From: an uncultured Chloroflexia bacterium
GTDB taxonomy: Bacteria > Chloroflexota > Limnocylindria > Limnocylindrales > CSP1-4
Reading direction: 5' to 3'
Assembly: GCA_963816675.1 (NCBI GenBank)
Contig: CAWFLS010000005.1
Location: 100,212-164,211, forward strand
Length of the DNA: 64,000 bases
The notes below the pieces were generated by a model that was not told where the DNA came from, ran no database searches, and worked only from the letters and a program-made list of their open reading frames with translations. How positions within the stretch are numbered: position 1 is the first letter of the stretch; each line of letters opens with the position of its first letter. This document shows, in pieces, positions 11,534-20,774 of this stretch. The translations under genes were made by a program, and so were the position numbers.

Positions 11534-12768
11534 CGCGACGACTGGCGCGCGCGTTCGCGGCGGCCGGCTGGCTCGTTGCGGTCGTGGCCGCCGTGGGCGC
11601 CGTCGCGCTCCGCGTCGCGGATCCCGTCCCAGTCGTCCCGAATAACCTCGGCTTCACGGACGCCGCGTTCGTCAGCTTCGAATTCCTGGGCCTGGCCTTT
11701 GCCTCGGTCGGTTCGCTGCTCGTCCTGCGCCGGCCGGCGAACGCCGTGGGGTGGGTCATGGTCCTGATCGGCGTCTCACACGCGCTCACCGGGGTGACCG
11801 GAGCCGTGCTGGCCTCGGCCGTGGCGGACGGCCCGGCGGGTGCCGCCACTGCGGGCGTCGCGGCGTGGCTTACCACGCTGTTCGCGTCGACCGCCATCCT
11901 CATCTTCGGACTGCCGCTCATCTTCCCGACCGGACGCGGCCAGACCCCGGCCTGGGATCGGTTCATCGTCGTCCTGGCGATCGGCGTGACGGTCGTCTAC
12001 GGGTGGCTCCTCCTCGTCCAGCCGGGACCGCTCATCATGTTCCCGTCGATCACCAACCCGGCCGGGTTCGGTCCGAACATCAGGGCCGCGCTCGGAGCAC
12101 AGGAACCTGCGCTCATCGCCTCGGCATCGATCGTCGTCCCTGTGCTCGCATGGTCGATGGTGTCGCGGTACCGGATGTCCGACGCTGTCGGGCGCCAGCA
12201 GATCAAGTGGTTCATGCTCGCAGCCTCGGCGGCGGTCGGAGCATTCAGCGTGACCGCGATCGCTACCGCGCTTACCGGCGAGGCACCGGAAGCCGGGCTG
12301 GTCGTGTTCGGATTCGCCGGCGCCCTAGTCCCCGTCGCCATCGGCATCGCCATCCTTCGCTACCGCCTCTACGACATCGACCGGATCATCAGCCGGACGC
12401 TGGCCTACGCGACCATCACCGGTGTCCTTGCCGCGGTCTTCACTGGCGTCATCCTCGTCGTCGGAGGCCTGCTGACGGCGCTGGCTCAGGGCGTCGTCCC
12501 GTCCGAGCGGGACCGGACGATCGCCGTCGCGGTCTCGACGCTCGTCGTGTTCGCGCTTTTCCAGCCGGTCCGCCGCGGCGTCCAGCGAGCCGTGGACCGC
12601 CGCTTCGACCGCGCGCGCTATGACGCCGATCGAACGGTCGACGCGTTCACCGCCCGCCTCCGCTACGACGCCGACCTCGCCGCCGTCAGCCGGGAGATCG
12701 TCGTCACGCGACCGTCGCGGTCCGGCCCGCCAGCGCGGTCATCTGGCTGCGGCGGGCGCGGACGATGA
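11530..12768 (+). CDS. Multi-TM sensor-like protein 4
   Basis: ATGA overlap; FPTGRG, RQQIKWF, ILRYRLYDIDRIISRT, VDRRFDRARYDA. The ...AVIWLR end is shifted by indels near 12705-12750. Confidence 0.8.
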   Translation: MTRRLARAFAAAGWLVAVVAAVGAVALRVADPVPVVPNNLGFTDAAFVSFEFLGLAFASVGSLLVLRRPANAVGWVMVLIGVSHALTGVTGAVLASAVADGPAGAATAGVAAWLTTLFASTAILIFGLPLIFPTGRGQTPAWDRFIVVLAIGVTVVYGWLLLVQPGPLIMFPSITNPAGFGPNIRAALGAQEPALIASASIVVPVLAWSMVSRYRMSDAVGRQQIKWFMLAASAAVGAFSVTAIATALTGEAPEAGLVVFGFAGALVPVAIGIAILRYRLYDIDRIISRTLAYATITGVLAAVFTGVILVVGGLLTALAQGVVPSERDRTIAVAVSTLVVFALFQPVRRGVQRAVDRRFDRARYDADRTVDAFTARLRYDADLAAVSREIVVTRPSRSGPPARSSGCGGRGR

Positions 12769-13999
12769 CCGTCGCACCGACGACGATGGCACCGACGCCG
12801 CCACGCCCCGGCGCGCTGTCGATCGCCATGATCGTGGCGTCCATCTCGGCTCTCGGTCGCGATCTCGCTGGCCATGGACCTCGTGCTGATCCGCTCGGCG
12901 ATCGCGGTGCCGCGCGAGATCCTCGTGAGCGCGGTCCTCTTCAACGTGACCTGCGTCGTGCAGTCGGTGGTCGGCGGCATCATCGAGTGGCAGCGACCGG
13001 GCCACACGATCGGTCGACTGCTGATGCTGAGCGGCCCGCTCTATGCGTTCCTTGGGGCAAGCTGGCTGACCTTCGGGACACTCGAGCCTCTCGTCGAGCC
13101 TGGGGTCTATCACTTCTTCTTCTGGGCCAGTTCGCTCCTCGCGTGGCCCGGCGTCGCGGTGATCGCCGGCTGGATCCCGTTGCTGTTCCCCACCGGGAGG
13201 CTCCCCGGGCCGCGGTGGCGGATCCCCGTGGCCATCCTCGTGGTCCTCTCCGGGATCACCCTGGTGGCGCTCGGCGGGCAGACCAGCATGTCCACCGACG
13301 GTCGTCGAGACGGCCGGCCAAGCGGCGCTGATCAACGCGATCGGGCTCGAACTGCTCGCGTTGCTGGTCATGGCGATCGCAGCGCTCGTCGTCCGCTACC
13401 GACGCGGCGACCGTGTCGAACGCCTCCAGATCCGCTGGTTCGCCGCGGCGGTCACGCTGTGCGGTGTCGGCTTCGTCGCCACGGTCATCCAGTTCGCGCT
13501 GCGCACCTCGACTGGACCGCTCCTCGGAGCGCTCGTGGCGTATGCCGGGATCCTCGCGATGCCGATCACGATCGGGATCGCCATCACCCGCTACCGCCTG
13601 TACGAGATCGACCGGCTCATCAGCCGCACCATCGGGTGGGCGCTCGTCACGGGCGTCCTGGTCGCTGTCTTCTCCGCCACCGTGCTGGGGCTCCAGGCCA
13701 TCCTCGCCGGCTTCGCGCAGGGTGGGACCTTCGCGGTCGCGGCATCCACCCTCGTCGCGTATGCCGTGTTCCAGCCGCTCCGTCGACGGGTCCAGCGGGC
13801 CGTCGACCGCCGCTTCGACCGCGCCCGCTACGACGGCGACCGAACGGCCTCCGCGTTCGCCGAGCGCCTGCAGGAGGAGGTCGACCTCGACGGCGTCGAA
13901 GCCGATATCGCCGGCACGGTGGACATGGCGCTCCACCCGAGTTCGTTCCGCGTCTGGCTGCGACCGTCACGACACACGACTGATCCGTCCATCCCGTAA
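12765..13999 (+). CDS. Multi-TM sensor-like protein 5 (frameshifted)
   Basis: LLFPTGRLPGPRWR, ERLQIRWF, ITRYRLYEIDRLISRT, VDRRFDRARYDG...VWLRPSRHTTDPSIP*. Confidence 0.8.
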
Positions 14000-14027
14000 C
14001 GATTCCCCGACGACCGCGCGGCAGGAT
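13995..14027 (+). promoter_or_regulatory. Conserved promoter copy 2: CGTAACG-attc-CCCGACG-N9-CAGGAT
   Basis: Direct match to the 7782 and 14470 copies with identical spacing. Confidence 0.72.
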
Positions 14028-14060
14028 GAGGTCGATCAGAACAAACAGGGAGGGACGAAG

Positions 14061-14465
14061 ATGAACAGGCGGACATTCATGAGTGTGGCGGTCGGCGTCT
14101 CGGTCGTCACCGGTCTCTTGAATCTGCTTGCGCCAGTGCAGATCTCCGATCTCTTCGGCGTCACCCTCGACGACACGGGTGCATCGCTGGCTCGGCTGCT
14201 CGGCGCCGCCTATCTCGGCTACGCGGCGACCGTTTGGTTCGCCAGGGACGTGCGTGACGCCGCCGCCCAGCGTGCGATCGGGTTGGGGAACTTCATGAGC
14301 TGGGGCCTCAGCCTGGTCGTGACCGTGATGGGCGTCGCCTCAGGCCTCGCCGGGACACTCGCGTGGTCGCTCGCTGCGACGGCCGTCGTCTTCTCGGCAG
14401 GATGGGGCTATTTCACGTTCATCGATCGTGCCGATGCCGCCGTCACGAACCCCGCGTCGACATGA
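14061..14465 (+). CDS. Small membrane protein (about 4 TM), function unknown
   Basis: RBS GGAGG upstream; MNRRTFMSVAVGVSVVTGLLNLLAP...ARLLGAAYLGYA...GWGYFTF. Confidence 0.75.
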   Translation: MNRRTFMSVAVGVSVVTGLLNLLAPVQISDLFGVTLDDTGASLARLLGAAYLGYAATVWFARDVRDAAAQRAIGLGNFMSWGLSLVVTVMGVASGLAGTLAWSLAATAVVFSAGWGYFTFIDRADAAVTNPAST

Positions 14466-14469
14466 TCCC

Positions 14470-14502
14470 CGTAACGATTCCCGGACGCTCCGCTGCGATG
14501 GT
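14470..14502 (+). promoter_or_regulatory. Conserved promoter copy 3: CGTAACG-attc-CCGGACG-N9-GATGGT
   Basis: Matches copies 1 and 2. The -10-like hexamer is 9 nt before ATG 14512. Confidence 0.72.
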
Positions 14503-14511
14503 GATCGCGAC

Positions 14512-16154
14512 ATGAGTGAACTGACCCGTCCGATCCGCCGCCTCTTCGGTCGTGGGAACGCGCCTGCGGACGTCGTCGTCCCGACCGAAGCCGAGCCCCG
14601 ACCGCGGCCGCTCCGGCGCCCGGACGCGCCGGCCGCCTCGATCGCGGTGGACATCGCCGAATCGGACCCGCTTCTCGCCTACCTCCAGACTGCGCCCGGG
14701 CCGGTCGACCTCACCCGCCTCGAGCTCGACTCGCCGGCGGTCCGCGACCTGCGCGCGGCCGGTGTCGCGCTCGTCGTCCCGCTCGTCTCGCAGGGCGAGC
14801 TGATCGGCACGCTCAACCTCGGCCCACGCCTCTCCGAGCAGGACTACTCGACCGACGACCGCCGCCTCCTGACGACCCTCGCCGCGCAGGCCGCGCCGGC
14901 CATCCGCGTCGCCCAGCTCGTCCGCGAGCAGGCCCACGAGGCGGCCGAGCGCGAGCGGCTCGACCAGGAGATGCGGGTCGCGACGCTCATCCAGCAGCAG
15001 TTCCTGCCGCGCGAGCTGCCGAAGCTGCCGCAGTGGCAGATCGCCGCGTACTACGGCCCGGCGCGGGCGGTCGGTGGCGACTTCTACGACTTCATCGAGA
15101 TGCACGACGGGCGGATCGGCATCGCCGTCGGCGACGTCACCGACAAGGGCGTCCCGGCGGCGCTGGTCATGGCCCGGACCCACTCGATCCTGCGCGCCGA
15201 GGCCAGGCCGGAGCGATTCGCCGGGCGAGATCCTCGCCCGCGCCAACGCGCTGCTCGAGCCCGGAGATGCCGGCCCGCATGTTCGTGACCTGCCTGTTCG
15301 CGATCCTCGATCCGGCGACCGGGCGGATCGTCATGGCCAACGCCGGCCACAACCTGCCCGTACATCCGGACCGACGACGGGGTCGTCGAGCTGCGCGCGA
15401 CCGGGATGCCGCTCGGGCTGATGCCGGGCATCCGCTACGAGGAGACCGAGGGGGTCATCGCCCCGGGCAGCAACGTCCTGCTCTACTCGGACGGGCTGGT
15501 CGAGGCCCACGACCCGAGCCAGCAGATGTACGGCTTCCCGCGGCTTGCGCGAGGAGATGGCCGTCGACGACGCCGGGAGCGAGCTGCTCGACCGGCTGCT
15601 CGACACGCTCCACCGGTTCACCGGGCCCGACTGGGAGCAGGAGGACGACATCACGCTCGTCACCCTCCGCCGGGCGTCCGGCGTCGCCGAAGGCGGCGCG
15701 AGCCGCTGGCCGGACCCTCACGCTCGTCACCGCCTTCTCGGTCCCCGGCGAAGAGGGCAACGAGCGAATGGCGATGGACCGCGTGGCGGCCGCCGTCGCC
15801 GATCTCGGCCTCCCGCCGGCACGCCTCGAACGGCTCAAGACGGCGGTCAGCGAGGCGACCATGAACGCCATCGAGTACGGCAGCCAGGGCCGCCCCGACG
15901 TCCCGGTCGACCTCGACGTCGAGACGACCGCCGACGCGATCGTCGTCCGCATCACCGACCGCGCGCTGTCCGGCGCGGTGCCCGACGACGCCGAGGCGCC
16001 CGACATCGAGCTCAAGCTCGCCGGCGAGCAGAAGCCGCGCGGCTGGGGGCTCTTCCTGATCAAGAACATGGTGGATTCGATGGACGTGACCAGCGACGGG
16101 TCGACCCAGACGGTGACCCTGACGATGGCACGCGAGGAGCGCAGCGATGGATGA
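14512..16154 (+). CDS. Partial GAF + SpoIIE/PP2C (RsbU-like) phosphatase + RsbW-like HATPase (several frameshifts)
   Basis: GAF end VVPLVSQGELIGTLNLG...DDRRLLTTLAAQAAPAIRVAQL; PP2C motifs AVGGDFYD, GDVTDKGVPAAL, ANAGHN, LYSDGLVEA, QEDDITLV; kinase motifs AVSEATMNAIEYG and RGWGLFLIKNMVD. Confidence 0.88.
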
Positions 16155-16479
16155 CCGACAGTTCGGCGCAGACATCACCGAGGTCCCGGACGAGGTCCGC
16201 GTCCGACTCAGCGGCGACCTCAACGCCCGCGCCGACGAGACCCTCGCGGACGCCTACGCGCAGGTCGCGGCCCTCGGCCCGCACCGGGTCAGCCTCGACT
16301 TCGGGCGGGTCGGCTACATCAACAGCACGGGCATCGCGCTCGTCGTCCGGCTGCTGGCCGACGCGCGACGCGACGGCCGGACGGTCCGGGCGATCGGCCT
16401 GACCGAGCACTACCGGGAGATCTTCCGGATCACCCGGCTGTCGGACTTCATGGAGATCGTGGAAGGAGACGCCGCATGA
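16147..16479 (+). CDS. STAS-domain anti-sigma factor antagonist 1
   Basis: RLSGDLN...LDFGRVGYINSTGIALVV...IFRITRL, with the phosphorylatable Ser motif. Confidence 0.9.
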   Translation: MDDRQFGADITEVPDEVRVRLSGDLNARADETLADAYAQVAALGPHRVSLDFGRVGYINSTGIALVVRLLADARRDGRTVRAIGLTEHYREIFRITRLSDFMEIVEGDAA

Positions 16480-16824
16480 CCGCGACCGTCATCGAGCTCG
16501 ACCAGGAGGGGCCGGCGTCGATCCTGCGCATCGAGGGCGACATCACCTCCGCGAGCGAGGCCGACCTGATGGCCGCCTACGGGCTCGCGATCGCGAACGG
16601 CGCGACGGCGGTGATCCTCGACTTCTCGAAGCTCGAGTACATGAACAGCGGTGGCATCGGGCTGCTCGTGACGCTCCTCGTCCGTGCCCAGCGCGGCCGG
16701 CGGACGCCTGGTGGCGACCGGCCTGTCCGAGCACTACCGCCAGATCTTCTCGCTGACCCGCCTCGACGAGGCGATCGAGATCCACGACGACGAAGCGGCG
16801 GCCGTCGCCGCCGCCACCGCCTGA
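16476..16824 (+). CDS. STAS-domain anti-sigma factor antagonist 2 (frameshift near 16697)
   Basis: LRIEGDIT...LDFSKLEYMNSGGIGLLV, continuing GLSEHYRQIFSLTRLDEAIEIHDDEAAAVAAATA* in the shifted frame. Confidence 0.88.
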
Positions 16825-16853
16825 CCAGCGATCCGGAGGACGAGGAGGCCGAG

Positions 16854-17631
16854 ATGACGAGACCACGATCGACCCGCCGACCGAGAGGCACCGGCCAACC
16901 GCGACGCCGCGAACTGGGCCCAGCCGGTCGATCGGCTGTCGGGCGCGGGCGCTGTCAGGCGCCAAGGACGACGCCGTGACCGGCAAGCGCGTGTCGGGTC
17001 CGCTCCAGGGCTTCGGCCAGCTGTGGCAGAAGTCGTTCACGGTCCGGCTCGAGGGCGTCGACACGACACCCGAGGCGGTCATCGCGACCTGGAAGGCGCA
17101 CTTCGCCGAGTTCTGGCCGAAGGGCCAGCGGTTCTACGCGCCGTTGTCGGGGATCAAGCCCGGCGAGGTCGGCCTGCTCGAGATCCAGCCGGTGCCCGGT
17201 GCGCCGGTCAGGCTGTCGACCGGCGTCCTCGTCCTGTACGCCGATGACGAGTCGTTCACGTTCATGACCCCCGAGGGCCATACCCTCTCGGCGTGGATCA
17301 CCTTCTCGGCCCGTCGCGATGGCGACGTGGTCGTGGCGTCGGCGGAGGCGCTCGAGCGGCCGGCCGACCCGTTCGACGAGATCGCCTACAAGCTCGGCGG
17401 CAACCGCCAGAACAACAAGTTCTGGGAGGCGACGCTGCGCAACCTCGCGCATCATGGTCGGCGTTCCCGACGCCGGTCGTCGAGGTCCAGGTCGCCTGCA
17501 TCGACGGCAACCGGCAGTGGCGCTACTGGCGGAACGTCCGCAACAGCGCGACGATCCGATCCGCCCGCCGGACCTTGACGGCACCCGTCCGCAAGCTCGA
17601 CCCGTCGGGGCTGAGGCTACGGTCCCCGTGA
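16854..17631 (+). CDS. Hypothetical soluble protein in the STAS operon (frameshifted)
   Basis: RBS GAGGAGG; GPLQGFGQLWQK...STGVLVLYADDESFTFMTPEGH...CIDGNRQWRYWRNVRNSA, with strong coding bias. Confidence 0.72.
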
Positions 17632-18829
17632 GCGGCCGTGACTCTCACCCCGACCCGACGCGCTCGGCATTCGGAACGTATGCGCCGATCGTCCTCGGTT
17701 CGCTCGTCGTCGTCGGCGTGGTCCTGAACCTGTCCAATCTGCCGGGGCTGCTCGCGTTCCTCCCGTACTCGATCGTCGGCGCCGTGCTGGTGGCTCGACG
17801 CCCTCACCACGTCGATCGGCTGGCTGCTCCTGCTGATGGCCGTCGCGTTCAGCCTGCTCGGCCGTGGGCCCGAGCTGGCACGCTTGCTCATCGGGACGGA
17901 ACTGGCGCCGTGGCTGCCCGCGCTGGCCTGGATCGGGATGATGGCGGCTATCGCGATGTTCGGTCTCATGGCTCTGATCGCGGCCGTCTTCCCGACGGGC
18001 AGGCTCCCGCAGGGACGAGCGGGTGGCATGACCAAGGCGGCCCTCGTGGCCATCGCGGCGATCGGCCTGCTGCAGGCCGTGGACCCGGTCTTCGTGACGC
18101 GGCTTCCGGACGGGACGACCATCGAGCTCCTCAATCCGATCGGGATCGCCCCTGGCTGGTCCGGGTGGTCGTTGTTGGATGGACCGGCCTACCTGGTCGT
18201 GGTCGCTGGAATCCTGGTGTGCCTCGTCGGCCTCGTGCATCGCTTCCGTCGTGCCGAGATGATCGAGCGGGAGCAGGACAAGTGGCTGCTTGCGTCGTTG
18301 GCGCTCATCGTCGTGACCGTCGTGTTCGGCTACGTGGGAGGCGCACTCTTTGATCCGACCGGAAGTTGGATCTGGATCCCGGCGACCGTCGCCCTTCCGT
18401 TGCCACCGGTCGCGATCGGCATCGCGATCATGCGCTACCACCTGTATGACATCGACCGGATCATCAGCAGGACGATCGCGTACGCCGGTCTGACACTGGT
18501 GCTGTTCGCGGTCTTCACGGCCGTGAATCTCGTTCTGCAGTCGATCTTCGAGTCGTCTCGTCGGCGGAGGTTCGGTGGCGGTCGCTGCCTCGACCCTCGC
18601 GGTCGCGGCATCGTTCAACCCGCTTCGCGTCCGCGGCCAGCGAGTCGTCGACCGGCGCTTCAATCGCGCCCGACAGGACGCCGACGAGACGACGGGTCGC
18701 TTCGCGCGGCGCCTCGGCGATCAGCTCGATCTGGACACGATCGGCACCGAGTTGACGAGCGCAGCCGTCGGTGCCGTCGAGCCGATGACCGCGACCTTCT
18801 GGCTGCGCGGGCGAGTCGTCCGCCCGTGA
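17628..18829 (+). CDS. Multi-TM sensor-like protein 6 (frameshifted)
   Basis: GTGA overlap; FPTGRLP, EREQDKWL, IMRYHLYDIDRIISRT, VDRRFNRARQDA...FWLRGRVVRP*. Confidence 0.8.
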
Positions 18830-18845
18830 CGTTGCCCGAGGGGCG

Positions 18846-20286
18846 ATGAGGACCGAAGCGACGGCCGAGCTCGACGCGATCGTGGTCGGGGCGGGACCCA
18901 ACGGCCTCGCCGCGGCGATCACCCTCGCCCGTGCCGGCCGCTCGGTCCGTGTCTACGAGGCTGCGGACACGGCCGGTGGCGGGACGCGGACCGCCGAGCT
19001 GACGCTTCCCGGCTTTCGTCACGACGTCTGCTCGACGATCCTGCCGCTGACCGTCGCCTCGCCGTTCTTCCAGACGATCGACCTCGCCGCACGCGGCGTC
19101 GAGCTCGTCCATCCCGGACGCGCCGATCGCCCATCCGCTCGACGGCGGCCGGGCGGTCGTGCTCGAGCGATCTGTCGCGGCGACGGCGGCCGGTCTCGGT
19201 GGCGCTGACGGGCGAGCGTGGCGACGGCTCTTCGGGCCACTCGTGCGGGACGGGGAGAAGCTGGCCTCGGAGCTCCTCCGGCCTGTCGTCCATGTGCCGA
19301 GGCATCCCTTGGCACTGGCTCGTTTCGGGCTGCCGGCGCTTTGGTCTGCGGAGGGCCTGGCCCGCCACCGATTCGACGGGACGAGGCTCGTGCGTTGTTC
19401 GCCGGGATCTCCGCTCACGCGATGCTCGCGCTGGATCGGCCGTTGACCGCGGCGTTCGGGCTCGTGCTGGGAACGTACGCCCACGCGGTCGGCTGGCCGA
19501 TGGTCCGTGGCGGTGCCGGCGTCCTCGCCGATGCGCTCGTGGCGGAGCTGAGGGCCGCCGGCGGCGAGCTCGTGACGGGCCATCGGGTGGCGACGCTCAG
19601 CGACCTGCCGCCGGCCCGGGCCGTGCTGTTCGATGTCACGCCGCGCCAGCTACTCGACATCGCCGGCGATGCTCTCTCCCCGCGGGTCCGTCGCCGAGCG
19701 GAGCAGTTTCGTTACGGGCCGGGTGTCTTCAAGGTCGATTGGGCGCTCGACGGCGCCGTGCCGTGGGCAGCGGACGGTCCTCGGCGAGCCGCGACTGTCC
19801 ACCTCGGCGGCACGCTCGAGGAGATCGCCGCCGCGGAGTCCGATGTGGCCGCCGACCGCATCCCGGAGCGGCCGTACGTCCTTTTCGTCCAGTACCAGCC
19901 CTGGGATCCCTCGCGCGCGCCCGACGGTAAGGCTGTTGCCTGGGCGTACTGCCACGTGCCGGCCGGCTCTCCCATCGACATGACCGACCGTATCGAGGCC
20001 CAGGTCGAACGCTTCGCACCTGGCTTCCGTGACCGCATCCTCGCCCGCGCCACGCATGGGCCGGCGAGCGATGGAGGCGTACGACGCGAACTATGTCGGC
20101 GGCGACATCAACGGCGGGATCCAGGACATCCGTCAGCTGGTGTTCCGGCCGTGGCCGTCCCGGGATCCATACCGCGTTGGCGTCGGTCTGTACCTGTGCT
20201 CGTCGTCCACCCCGCCCGGTGGCGGCGTCCACGGGATGAGCGGGATGCTGGCGGCGCGATCCGCTCTTCGCCACGATCTGTCGTAG
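18846..20286 (+). CDS. Phytoene dehydrogenase-like NAD(P)/FAD oxidoreductase (frameshifted)
   Basis: DAIVVGAGPNGLAAA, GGGTRTAELTLPGFRHDVCS, FKVDWALDG, and YLCSSSTPPGGGVHGMSG. Confidence 0.88.
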
Positions 20287-20774
20287 AGGCGCGTCCCGAA
20301 TCACCCGTGGTTCGGCGACGACGGGCTAGGCCCCTTGGCGATCGCGCCGCGTGTCGCACCTTGGCAACTCGCCATCAGGGGCTTTCGATAGACGTTTTGC
20401 TGCGTCCGCGCAGTGTTGTCCCGGTATTTGCAAGGAACAGATAAGTGGGGCGTTTGCCGTCGCCTGCTAGTATCCCCGGACTGTGATCGGGTCTTGTCCC
20501 CGATCTCTTTCGTCTTCAACCCGCCCCGACACTCCCCCAAAGTCTCGGGGTGCGGCCGAGGACTTGCCCAACCGCATGCAGGGTTCGTGCGATCGAAGCG
20601 GCTGGAGGCAAGCCAGCCATCACCTCTCGCATCGACATCGCCGAGTGGTACCAAAGAGTCTCGGGCGCGAGACCACAGGCGTGCTGCGTCGCATCGAACA
20701 GCAGCGATGATGACGACTCTGGTCACACCCTCCGTGCCATGGATAGGTGGCCCACCATTCCAAGGGAACTTGCC

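Noticed and set aside
12740-12770. Apparent in-frame fusion of sensors 4 and 5 (IWLRRARTMT)
   Set aside because: Most likely an indel. The ATGA stop/start overlap matches the neighbouring junctions.
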